64,000 nt of DNA from positions 485,584,001 through 485,648,000 of the forward strand of contig NW_027362761.1 of NCBI RefSeq assembly GCF_046119375.1, in the 5' to 3' direction. A model generated the notes under the pieces. That model was given only the letters and a program-made list of their open reading frames with translations, did no database searches and was not told where the DNA came from. How positions within the stretch are numbered: the stretch's first letter is position 1; every line of letters starts with the position of its first letter. Positions 13,142-26,132 of this stretch are shown in pieces. Position numbers and translations under genes: made by a program. The stretch is from Phyllobates terribilis (taxonomy: Eukaryota).

Positions 13142-14359
13142 TTAACAGTACTACTCAGAGATAAGTATATCATACTACGCTGCAAATTTCATAACTGTCT
13201 GAATTTTTATGTTAGGATTATATATGTATTAGAATAGGTAGTCACCTATTTTCCTGCTATAGCTCACGCACAGGGCATGACAGGGACAGCCTTCGTTGAG
13301 CGGGGGCACTAAAATTCGTTATCAGGGTGCCAACCTCCGCGTTAGGCAGGATGATCATAGATTTTAAACAGGGCAAATTAAGTCCATTTTGTATAATGTG
13401 TTATCTATCTTCCTTAGAGGAGATATGCTGGTTTAGAAGATTATTCATCCATTCACCACTCTCTATCACATGGGTATTGGTGCTTTTTAATGAATTGAAT
13501 TAAAATAGTGATTTTAGAGGATTTATATGTTTACACACTGCTACGAATTCTTCTAGGTTTATTTTTTTATGTTACTGGTTCCAATGAAGAACATTCAGCA
13601 GATGCTCAGGACAGCAGGGAGCAGACCCAAATCCATCACTGTCCTGCTTTATCCGGGATGGTTGGCAGCTGGGCATACGGTTTTGGATACATAATCATGT
13701 TTAGGCCCGGTTTCACACGTCCGTGAAACATGAACCATGCTCGGATTGAAAGATCTGGTCCGGCCACCATATCTCCTGACCTGAGCTAACTGCTTCATAC
13801 AGGTCTATGAAACAGTTAGCTAAAATCAGGACACCTGCCCGCAGGTCTTTCAAGCCGATTGAGGTCCATGTTTCAAACAAAATGTATAGATGGTAATATA
13901 GCATTATAGACAAACAAGAGGTCCATAGCACAGAAATAATAGCCTAGCTTTCATCAACCAAATATGTGAACAGAACTTCACTTTTATTAATAAATTTCTT
14001 AAACATGCTGTTTAGTACTTCGAAATAGGGTCCCTTTGTTGAAAAATACCAGCACCCGATCACTCTATCATTAAATGATTATTGTAACCATCTATGAAGA
14101 TTATAGATGGTTACAATTGAAGTAAACTAGAATATAGTAAGAAAATATATAAAATATATTGTAAGGATATCATAATTATAGTGAGATATATATTTGATGA
14201 TTGAAAGAGATGTACCCTGCCAAAAATGATTGGTGCATATTCCCTAATGCTAATATGTGTTATATGTAGTGTACAGATGAGTGACCTGTCCAATACAGGA
14301 CTAAATATATCAACAGGTTAAATAACCAGTGCAATACCGGATTAGATATATTAATATGG

Positions 14360-14800
14360 AAACAGACTCGGGACTAAAGAACATTATTAGGACTTGGGTA
14401 TTTTGATTGCCAGTAAGCTGAGCAGCAGTACTCAATGTCAAGCAGCAGCCACAAAAGCAAACAACATTTTAGGATGTATAAAAAGAGAACTAAAATCCTA
14501 TGATCCCATTGTATTGTTACCCCTTTATAAATCACTGGTGAGGACACAGCTGGAATATGGGATCCAGTTGTGGGCTCCACATTTAAAAAAAAAAAAAAGA
14601 TATTGGGCACTTGAGAGTCAGTTCAAAGGCGGCAACTAGATTATTACAAGGGATGTAGGTTTCTCATATGATGAGAGGTTGGAAAAGTTGGCCTTGTTTA
14701 CCTTAGAAAAAAGAATCCTCAGAGGGGATCTCATTTATATGTATAAATATATGTGTGGTCAGTACAAAGGACTGGCACATGATTTAGTCTATCCAAGGAC
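14360..14800 (+). mobile_element. CR1 LINE 3' fragment
   Basis: LGILIASKLSSSTQCQAAATKANNILGCIKR...LPLYKSLVRTQLEY..Q.WAP, the CR1 ORF2 C-terminal signature. Confidence 0.9.
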
Positions 14801-15750
14801 CTTACAGAAGACTAGTGGATATTCATTACAATGACATCCGAGTGCAGTCTGATGTTTTACATGTACCCATAGACTTGGTTTGGTTGCAAGTGATCCGATA
14901 TGTGGAGGCGAATCGGCATAGGAAAAAAAAAAAAAAAAAAGCAGATCTGCACTGCCCCATATTATAACATTGGTCTGAATGCGATCTGATAAAACATCCG
15001 ATGTATATGCTCTATACGCCCTAAAGCTGAGGGCCTGCACTTTAAGCCCATATTAATTATATAACTATCTTTAATATGTTTTGGTAAGCGGTAAAATGCC
15101 AAAAGTTACTGTCCAAATATTTCTGGAACTGTATATAACTACACACATTCATTTATAAATTTAAGCAAGACCATATGATTTTGAAGTTGCCTTTTTTATG
15201 TATTGGAGAAATAGAAGAAACTGGGTGCAATACTGTCCATAGCATTTTAAATGTTTATTTTTTCTGAATACTGATGCATTATAATGTGGTATATTTGTTG
15301 TATCTAATAGTTTAGTGCTTGGAGACAAAGAAGAATTCTCTCTGATACCCATAACTGCATATCAATGACACAAACACATACAAGAAAAAGGTCTTTATAT
15401 TTGCATATCCATCTGTACAGATACACACCGGCAATATGTCTGTCATTTGCAGTATATACACACACACACACACTACTATGAAGCAGTCATATATACATCT
15501 GAAGCAACATGGTCATACACTGAGCGACGTCGGAAAACCAGCAGAGAGCACAAGACGTATCCATATTACACAGCACTATACTATCTTACTCCTCACGGTC
15601 ATATGGTATCTGGTAATGAATGCTAGTGTCTCTACTTACTACATACAAAATACAAAGACTATTAAAAGTGCATTTTTTCTAAAATACATAAATACATAAT
15701 TTAATATTGTGCAAAATTAAAATAAATAATGCATCACTTCATTTCCTTAC

Positions 15751-15794
15751 AGTAAGCGATAAAAGTGTCGTTCACAGAGGAAGAAACAGGACAT
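15751..15794 (-). pseudogene. Putative first coding exon of the decayed gene
   Basis: Perfect Kozak GCCACCATG, then MSCFFLCERHFYRLL and donor GTAAGG; phase 2 matches the 9788 acceptor. Confidence 0.35.
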
Positions 15795-16182
15795 GGTGGC
15801 GATGTAAAAATGGTAATGTATAGCATATTTAACAGATTAAAAATACACTATATGGTCAGGATAAGTGCAAGAATTAAAGGGGTTGTCTAATCACAAATAA
15901 CGGCTGTCACTGCTAATTTGTGGCAATGTATGGGAATACACGAATAGGTCGGGTCGTTCACAGTTGCTGCCTGTTAGTGGTTCTTCACTCCGACTTTTAA
16001 AATGAGATTGTGAGCAGAACCTCTACATTTATATGCCCTTAATCCACCTCATTATTCATGGTGATGCATAATCTCAATATGGCAGGTCAAAAGTATGGGA
16101 ATAACGACTGAGAAAACAAATGCTCAACTTAAAATAGTTTTCTGGGGATACAAAAATGTCACAAATGCACCCAAAAGGTTAA

Positions 16183-18216
16183 AGAGGTTCTCCAAGACTG
16201 TAATAAAATGGCCACCGTCACATAATTCAAACGGCAGCGTGTCCTAGTCATGTATCAGGATGGGCTGCAGTCTGCAGAAACATTGCTCTCAAGATCTGTG
16301 TCTCAATGACAGAGGACCTGTATCAAAAGCACACATACCTGTGAGCAGCTGGAGAAGTATGTGACGGGATAAGAAATTTATCTTCTCATTGGCTGATTGA
16401 CAGAGCACAAAGGACTCAGGTTGGAGTTGAAGTTCTCACTAAGGTACAGTACAGACCAAAAGTTTGGACACACCTTCTCATTTAAACATTTTTTTGTATT
16501 TTCAGGACTATGAAAATTGTACATTCACACTGAAGGCATCAAAACTATGAATTAACACATGTGGAATTATATACTTAACAAAAAAGTGTGAAACAACTGA
16601 AAATATGTCTTATATTCTAGGTTCTTCAAAGTAGCCACCTTTTGCTTTGACTGCTTTGCACACTCTTGGCATTCTCTTGATGAGCTTCAAGAGGTAGTCA
16701 CCGGAAATGGTCTTCCAACAAACTTGAAGGAGTTCCCAGAGATGCTTAGCACTTGTTGGCCCTTTTGCCTCCACTCTGCGGTCCAGCTCACCCCAAACCA
16801 TCTCAATTGGGTTCAGGTCTGGTGACTGTGGAGGCCAGGTCATCTAGAGTAGCACCCCATCACTCTCCTTCTCGGTCAAATAGCCCTTACACAGCCTGGA
16901 GGTGTGTTTGGGGTCATTGTACTGTTGAAAAATAAATGATGGTCCAACTAAATGCAAACCGGATGGAATAGCATGCCGCTGCAAGATGCTGTGGTAGCCA
17001 TGCTGGTTCAGTATGCCTTCAATTTTGAATAAATCCCCAACAGTGTCACCAGCAAAGCACCCCACACCATCACACCTCCTCCTCCATGCTTCACGGTAGG
17101 AACCAGGCATGTAGAGTCCATCCGTTCACCTGTTCTGCGTCGCACAAAGACACGGTGGTTGGAACCAAAGATCTCAAATTTGGACTCATCAGACCAAAGC
17201 ACAGATTTCCACTGGTCTAATGTCCATTCCTTGTGTTCTTTAGCCCAAACAAGTGTCTTCTGTTGGTTGCCTGTCCTTAGCAGTGGTTTTCTAGCAGCTA
17301 TTTTACCATGAAGGCCTGCTGCACAAAGTCTCCTCTTAACAGTTGTTGTAGAGATGTGTCTGCTGCTAGAACTCTGTGTGGCATTGACCTGGTCTCTAAT
17401 CTGAGCTGCTGTTAACCTGCGATTTCTGAGGCTGGTGACTCGGATAAACTTATCCTCAGAAGCAGAGGTGACTCTTGGTCTTCCTTTCCTGGGGCGGTCC
17501 TCATGTGAGCCAGTTTCTTTGTAGCGCTTGATGGTTTTTGCAACTGCACTTGAGGACACTTTCAAAGTTTTCCCAATTTTTCGGACTAACTGACCTTCAT
17601 TTCTTAAAGTAATGATGGCCACTCGTTTTTCTTTACTTAGCTGCTTTTTTCTTGCCATAATACAAATTCTAACAGTCTATTCAGTAGGACTATCAGCTGT
17701 GTATCCACCCGACTTCTGCACAACACAACTGATGGTCCCAACCCCATTTATAAGGCAAGAAATCCCACTTATTAAACCTGACAGGGCACACCTGTGAAGT
17801 GAAAACCATTTCCGGTGACTACCTCTTGAAGCTCATCAAGAGAATGCCAAGAATGTGCAAAGCAGTCATCAAAGCCAAAGGTGGCTACTTTGAAGAACCT
17901 AGAATATATGACATATTTTCCGTTGTTTCACACTTTTTTGTTAAGTATATAATTCCACATGTGTCAATTCATAGTTTTGATGCCTTCAGTGTGAATGTAC
18001 AATTTTCATAGTCATGAAAATACAGAAAAATCTTTAAATGAGAAGGTGTGTCCAAACTTTTGGTCTGTACTGTGTGTGCTTACAACACAGCTCCTCTGTC
18101 AGTTGAGACACATTTCTCAGGAGCAGTATATTTTCAGACTGCAGCCCATGACTGGGATGGGCTGCTCTTTGAATAACGTGACGGCGGCCATTTTATTACA
18201 TTCATGGAGAACCCCT
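16183..18216. mobile_element. TTAA-flanked MITE (Kolobok/T2-like) interrupted by a DD38E Tc1
   Basis: TTAA|AGAGGTTCTCC..GTAATAAAATGGCC at left is inverted to GGCCATTTTATTAC..GGAGAACCCCT|TTAA at right. Confidence 0.75.
16447..18072 (-). mobile_element. Tc1 DD38E (Intruder-type) copy 1, frameshifted
   Basis: CAGTACAGACCAAAAGTTTGG TIRs; transposase split across ORFs 17008-17658, 16844-17110 and 16610-16843. Confidence 0.93.
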
Positions 18217-19681
18217 TTAAAGGTGATCAACATCTTATTATAGCTTTTGAATTCCTTACCGTTCCCCTGCAGCCGTTCATGCCCATCTCTATTACTGACA
18301 CATCATGTCAGTCGCAGGACAAGTGTGATGCATCTTTAGATACATGCTGTAGCTGGCTGTGATTGATCTGTCTTATTCACATAGGAAAAATATACTAGAA
18401 TAGTCATGTCACAGTCTTCTAAACAGACAAGGTGGGTAACAGATATATAATTTTACCATTTTGGGTGTAAACATTTTTTTTTTTTCCTTACAACAAGTTA
18501 AATAATAAAAGGTATGAAGACGTCACAGAGGTTGGCCCTGAGAAGAGAGTTGCTAAGAAGCAGCAGTCCTCATCACGGCAGACTTGGGCTGTCTATGTAT
18601 TACAAGGGGATCAAGTGCTGGAACTGCAGTAATCAGGAAGTTCTTAAAGAGGCGGTAATAAGACCCCTTTAAATAAGCAAACTCCAGTTATTCGTAAAGA
18701 ACAAGAATGACCAGTCTATAATCCCCAAGTTTTGAGTTTCCTTCAAAGATGTACAATAGCATAAAACTGTTGATGCGTCACTGCATTGGTAATGATCATG
18801 AGGCCCAGGCTTGAAGTGTCTAGAAGTAAACTGGCCATTATCCTACAGTGAGGGAAGGGGTAACTAGCTTTCACACAGGCCTGACATTCTTCATCTAAGG
18901 TCTGATTCTTAGGCCGGATGCCATGGTCTGAGTATGGGCCGTGATTCCTGGACTGGTCGCAGGACTACTGACCCAAACTTGTCAGTTGTATAAACATTTA
19001 TGAGGCTATCAAGTTGGGATCAGGAGACCGGTAGCCAGACCGGACATCAGTCCATACTCAGACCATGACATACAGATGTGTGAATGCGGCCTTAAATATC
19101 AGGCAATTTGGAGCCCCCCCTTCAGTGTAGCAGAGAAAAACCTAAGGGATACTGATAACAGAACTGATCAATCTATAGGATCATTAATAAATCTATTTGA
19201 TTATTCCTAGCCATCCGTAGCATTAGTTTTTGCCTCAGATTGGTCCTAGAGGCAGGTCAGAAATAGATGCTTGCAATGTTTTATAATCCAGCTATGCCAG
19301 ATCATTGTAAAACTGTGTGTAACTGATATACATGGCAGCACAGTCTAAGAATAGAAGACGGACCGCTAATTGTCTCCCCAGTAGGCACCAAATCTGGCAA
19401 CTCAAATCATATATTTCCAGCCATCTTTAGTCTGAGCTTTTGAGCGGAGTGGTGAATGATTGGGATGATGACTGGTGCAAAGATCTACATGGGACTGAAA
19501 GGTTTCCTCATACAGCTGATGATGAGATTCTGCTAGAAGCCGCTCTTTGTCCAACATCAGCAGGAAATCTATAGTAAAAAGTGTTAAAACATCATTTCTC
19601 CATTGGTGAAAAAGGAATAACAACACTTCACTGCATGATATAAACAATCCACATCTTCTCTCTGTTGTATAAAAGTGTCCA

Positions 19682-19737
19682 TTATTCTTTGATACTTTGA
19701 AGAAGCTGCAGAAGGTGATTCTCGATGACTTGTTGAA
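19682..19737 (-). CDS. ANKRA2: ANKRA2 last coding exon (VQQVIENHLLQLLQSIKE*)
   Basis: Acceptor ccttactgtttcag; matches the vertebrate ANKRA2 C-terminus; stop TAA. Confidence 0.95.
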
Positions 19738-21398
19738 CTGAAACAGTAAGGAGAAGCCTGTAAGTGTGCGGTGATAGGATGTAACACAGGTACATCAAAC
19801 ATCTGCATCTTACAGAAAAGAAATAAATGGCAGGGTACTTTATTCATTAAGAAAAGAGTGTGAAAGAGTGCCTAACCCCTTATAGAAGTTGTCCGGCCTT
19901 AGGCTACACAGAGTGACTGCAGACTTGTGAATCTTCACGTTGCGCGCACTGCACATTGAGGATTCTGCAGCACCGGGAGCGGCGTGTGGTGACTAAGTTT
20001 ATGATTTGTATACATACAGGCACATGCCGACTAGATGTGTGCGGCCTCGCACACTACAAGTGTACTGAGCGTGGATGGATACAGTCTAGTCGGAGTGTGG
20101 CTGGGAGTATGCAAATCCCATACCTACGGTCGCATGATCGCCGTTACTAGTGGCGGCACCGAACAATCCTCACAATGAGCAGCATGCGCGATGTGAGGAT
20201 CCACAAGACGGCAGTCACAGACTTGTAACCAAATTATGGACAACCCCTTTAACAATAAGGCCTGTTTGTTCCTCAAAGACTTTATATCTAGACGTATGAG
20301 GGTTTCTTTGGTGGAATAAGTTGTATTATCAATGGCACTTTGGGTACTAAACATTAAAAATGGCGAACATTGGACATAATTTCAAAAAACATCACAGTAA
20401 AAGATAATGCCTTACCAACACCGGGTCAGATTACTAATGCACTGCAGGATGCAGCAAGCCTCCATGATAAAGGAGGGGGCAGCACATGTGCAAAATACTG
20501 ATGGAAACAGCCACTCACTAACCTACCAAATCATGGAGGGGGTGGCTGTGTAGTATTATACATGCACACCGATGGAGTCTGCATAAGGAGCCAGTCACAC
20601 AGATATGGGAGATGCACAGTGTCAGGCTTGCAGCCTATTGATGACGCCCATACTATTAGATCAGGCGGGTTGCCCTGCAGCATATACGTGCACTCCCACA
20701 GGACAGACGCCCCAATTCACCCAGCCACCACTAAAGAGGCCTGGCCACATCCTGCATAAAAATGTGCAAAAAAGATGAAAAATAGTGTATAAGATAAATA
20801 CACCATATGAGGTTTTGGTTGATATTTTGGCCAAAATACGCAAGCTCGTAACCCAAAGTCAAGGGTCCCCATACTTGCGAGTCCTAACACCAAGCATTAT
20901 CTTTTACTGTGGCACTTTTTGGGTACATATAAACTTATTAATTTCTGGAAGGGAATGCACAAAAAACAGCAATCCTGCTATTTTTTTTTCTTTGCAGAAA
21001 AATTTGTAACATTCACTACGTGGCTTAAACTCTGTAAATTGGCTATTGGCCCTGCACCACAGACCCCGGCCATTTATTAACTCTTCTATCTTCTTTTTTG
21101 CCGGCTACACTACTCTCAGTGAGCGCTGTGCAGTGAGTAGAAGCATTGGTAATGCTGCGTCTTCTGTAGGACCTGGCAATAATATCATTTCTGGGTGTCT
21201 CTCCGGCATAGCAGTGCTAATGGTCCCCAGTAGGCCCAGATCAGCTCTGCCAGTGACTAAGGTCACGTTAGTGGACTGATTTTCCCCGTAGATGCTCCTA
21301 TGGATGTGCCAGTTACATTTGAAAAATGAACAATAATGAAAAATATATATATTTTCCCTACAAATGTTTTATGATCTCTTCGGAGAGAAATTATGTAA

Positions 21399-21551
21399 NN
21401 NNNNNNNNNNNNNNNNNNNNNNNNNNNNNNNNNNNNNNNNNNNNNNNNNNNNNNNNNNNNNNNNNNNNNNNNNNNNNNNNNNNNNNNNNNNNNNNNNNNN
21501 NNNNNNNNNNNNNNNNNNNNNNNNNNNNNNNNNNNNNNNNNNNNNNNNNNN
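21399..21551. other. Assembly gap (153 N)
   Basis: Run of N; hides the left tip of the adjacent Tc1. Confidence 1.
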
Positions 21552-23176
21552 CCCCTATTAATCTTAAGCTTAATGTTTTATAAAAATTGGTGTTTTTGCA
21601 ACAGCTATTTCAGTTTGATATATGTAATAACTGTTGGACACAGTAATGTTTCTGCCTTGAAATGAGGTTTATTGTACTAACAGAAAATGTGCAATCTGCA
21701 TTCAAACTAAATTTGACAGGTGCATAAGTATGGGCACCCTTATCATTTTCTTGTTTTAAATACTCCTACCTACTTTTTACTGACTTACTAAAGCATTTTT
21801 TTGGTTTTGTAACCTCATTGAGCTTTGAACTTCATAGCCAGGTGTATGCAATCATGAGAAAAGCTACTTAAAGTGGTCACTTGCAAGTTGTTCTCCTGTT
21901 TGAATCTCCTCTGAAGAGTGGCATCATGGGCTCCTCAAAACAACTGTCAAATGATCTGAAAACAAAGATTATTCAACATAGTTGTTCAGGGGAAGGATAC
22001 AAAAAGCTGTCTCAGCGATTTAACCTGTCAGTTTCCACTGTGAGGAACATAGTAAGGAAATGGAAGAACACAGGGACAGTTCTTGTTAAGGCCAGAAGTG
22101 GCAGGCCAAGAAAAACATCAGAAAGGCAGAGAAGAAGAATGGTGAGATCAGTCAAGGACAATCCTCAGACCACCTCCAGAGAGCTGCAGCATCAACTTGC
22201 TGCAGATGGTGTTACTGTGCATCGGTCAACTATACAACGCACTTTGCACAAGGAGAAGCTGTATGGGAGAGTGATGCGAAAGAAGCCGTTTCTGCAAGCA
22301 CGCCACAAACAGAGTCGGCTGAGGTATGCAAAAGCACATTTGGAGAAGCCAATTTCTTTTTGGAAGAAGGTCCTGTGGACTGATGAAACCAAGATTGAGT
22401 TGTTTGGTCATACAAAAAGGCGTTATGCATGGCGGCAAAAAAACATAGCACTCCAAGAAAAACACTTGCTACCCACAGTAAAATTTGGTGGAGGTTCCAT
22501 CATGCTTTGGGGCTATGTGGCCAATGCCGGCACCGGGAATCTTGTTAAAGTTGAGGGACGCATGGATTACACTCAGTATCAGCAGATTCTTGACAGTAAT
22601 GTTCAAGAATCAGTGACAAGTTTGAAGTTACGCAGGGGATGGATCTTTCAGCAAGACAATGATCCAAAACACCGCTCCAAATCTACTCAGGCATTCATGC
22701 AGAGGAACAATTACAATGTTCTGGAATGGCCATCCCAGTCCCTAGACCTGAATATCATTGAACATCTGTGGGATCATTTGAAGAGGGCTGTCCATGCTCG
22801 GCGACCATCAAACTTAGCTGAACTTGAATTGTTTTGTAAAGAGGAATGGTCAAAAATACCTTCATCCAGGATCCAGGAAATCATTAAAAGCTACAGGAAG
22901 CGACTAGAGGCTGTTATTTTTGCAAAAGGAGGATCTACTAAATATTAATGTCACTTTTCTGGTGAGGTGCCCATACTTATGCACCTGTCAAATTTTGTTT
23001 GAATGCAGATTGCACATTTTCTGTTAGTACAATAAACCTCATTTCAAGGCAGAAACATTACTGTGTCCAACAGTTATTACATATATCAAACTGAAATAGC
23101 TGTTGCAAAAACACCAATTTTTATAAAACATTAAGCTTAAGATTAATAGGGGTGCCCAAACTTTTTCATATAACTG
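21552..23176 (+). mobile_element. Tc1 DD34E element with ~200-bp IR/DR-type TIRs
   Basis: Sequence at 21552-21740 is inverted at 22965-23155; right end ...CATATAACTG|TA. Confidence 0.95.
21926..22948 (+). CDS. Uninterrupted DD34E Tc1 transposase, 340 aa (MGSSKQLSNDLK...)
   Basis: WTDETK, QQDNDPKH and DLNIIE; 34 residues between second D and E; the SPDLN motif reads SLDLN. Confidence 0.93.
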   Translation: MGSSKQLSNDLKTKIIQHSCSGEGYKKLSQRFNLSVSTVRNIVRKWKNTGTVLVKARSGRPRKTSERQRRRMVRSVKDNPQTTSRELQHQLAADGVTVHRSTIQRTLHKEKLYGRVMRKKPFLQARHKQSRLRYAKAHLEKPISFWKKVLWTDETKIELFGHTKRRYAWRQKNIALQEKHLLPTVKFGGGSIMLWGYVANAGTGNLVKVEGRMDYTQYQQILDSNVQESVTSLKLRRGWIFQQDNDPKHRSKSTQAFMQRNNYNVLEWPSQSLDLNIIEHLWDHLKRAVHARRPSNLAELELFCKEEWSKIPSSRIQEIIKSYRKRLEAVIFAKGGSTKY

Positions 23177-23424
23177 TATATATCCCCATCGCAAAAAAAC
23201 AAACAAACAAAAAAATCTACACATATGATAAACCTACACATATTCAATATCCACATGACCATACTAACCGGGAGAATTCATTCAAAAGGTTATATGGTTC
23301 GAAATGTGAACAGTAAAAAAAAAAATATATAAAAAAAAAATTATATATACACATACATATATAAATAAAAGCTATACTAAAAAATGCTTTTTTATATTTG
23401 TATGGCAAAAAAAATATTTATATA

Positions 23425-25040
23425 CAGTGGGTATGGAAAGTATTCAGACCCCTTTAAATGTTCCACTTTGTTTCAATGCAGCCATTTGGTAAATTCTAAA
23501 AAGTTCATTTTTTTTCTCATTAAAGTACACTCTGCACCCCATATTGACTGACAAAAAATAGAAATGTATACATTTTTGCCAATTTATTAAAAAAGAAAAA
23601 CTGAAATATCACATGGTCATATGTATTCAGACCCTTTGCTCAGACACTCATATTTAAGTCACATGATGTCCATTTCCTTGTGATCCTCCTTGAGATGGTT
23701 CTACTCCTTCACTGGAGTCCAGCTGTGTTTAATTAAACTGATAGGACTTGATTTGGAAAGGCACACACCTGTCTATATAAGACCTCACAGCTCACAGTGC
23801 ATGTCAGACCAAATGAGAATCATAAGCTCAAAGGAACTGCCCAAGGAGCTCAGAGACAGAATTGTGGCAAGGCACAGATCTGGTCAAGGTTACAAAAGAA
23901 TTTCTACATTACTCAAGGTTCCTAAGAGCACAGTGGCCTCCATAATCCTTAAATGGAAGAAGCTTGGGACCACCAGAAGTCTTCCTAGATCTGGCCTTCC
24001 AGCCAAACTGAGCAACTGTGGGAGAAGAGCCTTGGTGAGAGAGGTAAAGAAGAACCCCAAGATCACTGTGTCTGAGCTCCAGAGATGCAGAAAGGAGATA
24101 GGAGAAAGTTCCACAAAGTCAACTATCACTGCAGCCCTCCACCAGTCGGGTCTTTATGGCAAAGTGGCCTGACGGAAGCCTTCCTCAGTGCAAGACATAT
24201 GAAAGCCCGCATAGAGTTTGCTCAAAAACACATGAAGGACTCCCAGACTATGAGAAATAAGATTCTCTGAGAAGATAGAACTTTTTGGTAATAATTCTAA
24301 GCGGTATGTGTGGAGAAAACCAGGCACTGCTCACCTGTCCAATACAATCTCAACAGTCAAACATGGTGGTGGCAGTATCATGCTATGGGGGTGTTTATCA
24401 GCTACAGGGACAGGACGACTGGTTGCAATTGAAGGAAACATGAATGCGGACAAGTACAGAGATATCCTGGATGAAAACCTCTTCCAGAGTGCTCTGGACC
24501 TCAGACTTGGCCAAAGGTTCACCTTCCAACAAGACAATGACCCTGAGCACACAGCTAAAATAAGAAAGAAGTAGCTTCAGAACAACTCTGACCATTCTTG
24601 ACTGGCCCAGCCAGAGCCCTGACCTAAACCCAATTGAGCATCTCTGGAGAGACTTGGAAATGGCTGTCCACCAACGTTCATCATCCAACCGGACGGAACT
24701 GGAGAGGATCTGCAAGGAAGAATAGCAGAGGATCCCCAAATCCAGGTGTGAAAAACTTGTTGCATCATTCCCAAGAAGACTCATGGCTTGACTAGCTCAA
24801 AAGGGTGCTTCTACTCAATACTGAACAAAGGGTCTGAATACTTATGACCATGTGATCTTTCCGTTTTTCTTTTTTAATAAATCTGCAAAAATTTCTACAT
24901 TTCTGTTTTTTTTGTAGTCAAGATGGGGTGCAAAGTGTACTTTAATGAGAAAAAAATTAACTTTTTAGAATTTACCAAATGGCTGCAATGAAACAAGAGT
25001 GAAAAATTTAAAGGGGTCTGAATACTTTCCATACAAACTG
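23425..25040 (+). mobile_element. Full-length degenerate Tc1 (Sleeping Beauty-like), 1616 bp
   Basis: TA|CAGTGGGTATGGAAAGTATTCAGACCCC...GGGGTCTGAATACTTTCCATACAAACTG|TA; broken ORFs 23690-24172 and 24308-24574. Confidence 0.93.
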
Positions 25041-26051
25041 TATAAAATTAGGCAGCGCGCCAAGTGCCAAAATTCTCCTGACCGTAGTGCAGCAGTTCCT
25101 GGGCATCGAAGTCTGTCTTGCACAGCACCACTACAGACTCTTCCCCCCTCCTCCATCGGTATAGAGCAGTTACTGTCAGGGAATATGGGTGTCTAAGCAG
25201 GAGATCTGTCCAGGATATCGGGAGCTCTACTCACATGCGTCCACTCAGTACCAGAACATAACCACGCAAACGCCCCCACCTGTTCTAACAAGGATAAAAA
25301 TTCTCCATTCGGCTGACCAGTGTGACCTCAGCAGACCCCCAACCGATCAATAAATTATCACCTATCCTGTGGAAAGCTGATAACTTATTTTTACAAGACA
25401 AGCCATTTAACCCAGGTATATATTAAAAGTGATCAAAGCCATTTGCAGGTCTCTGGTCCAGCGACCTCGTTGGTAGTCCGTGGCCACCAGTCCTGCGGAC
25501 CTCCTCCTACCTGCCAGCATCCCCAGTGCCTCTTCTGATGAAGCCTGGTGAATCTCTGCTCAGAAGAATCTCAGCGATCAGCAGAATCTCTGCAGGTCGG
25601 GCCGGTGAAAAACCTGACAATCAACTGACAGTGACGGGAAAGCTGCAGTTGCTTCGGAGGATTCCCAACACTTAATGGTCCCATATGTAAATATGTAAAC
25701 GGGCGATATCAGCAATAACTGTATGAAGGTGGTTACTGCCATTGGGCAATTGGCTATTAGGTAATTTAAGCAGCCTTGTGTCTAGATGTTGTGTGTGTAA
25801 TCTATCTATAGGAACCCAACCATAAATCACCCATTATACAGCAATGTCCTCAGATAATATTTACAGCATGGCTTTCTATTGACTTAGTGACATCACAGCA
25901 TTTTCGCAATATTGACCAGATACTGACAGGAAGGAGCATGATGCCGATCTCGCTGTTTATGTGGGAGGAAACACAATCACTTCTGTGTACACAAGATGAA
26001 TAGATTTGGACCTGGACCCAGAGGGTTGTTTGCTGCGGGTACATAACTTAC

Positions 26052-26132
26052 CACTCCTGTGGCCCAGAGCGACAGACAGGTCCATGGAGTTATAGCCAGA
26101 GTCGGTCTCAATGGTCGGATCTGCCCCATTCT
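26052..26132 (-). CDS. ANKRA2: ANKRA2 exon 8 (ENGADPTIETDSGYNSMDLSVALGHRS)
   Basis: AG/GT boundaries, 81 nt, ankyrin repeat. Confidence 0.96.

Noticed and set aside
13055-13237. ORF beginning MHHHHHHHH (His-tag-like)
   Set aside because: Produced by a (CAT)n microsatellite; no vector sequence nearby.
1-19600. BTF3, the neighbour of ANKRA2 in mammals
   Set aside because: No BTF3/NAC-like peptide was recognised in any frame here.
18240-19681. ANKRA2 3' UTR end and polyadenylation signal
   Set aside because: No clear AATAAA on the minus strand outside repeats; the 3' end could not be placed.
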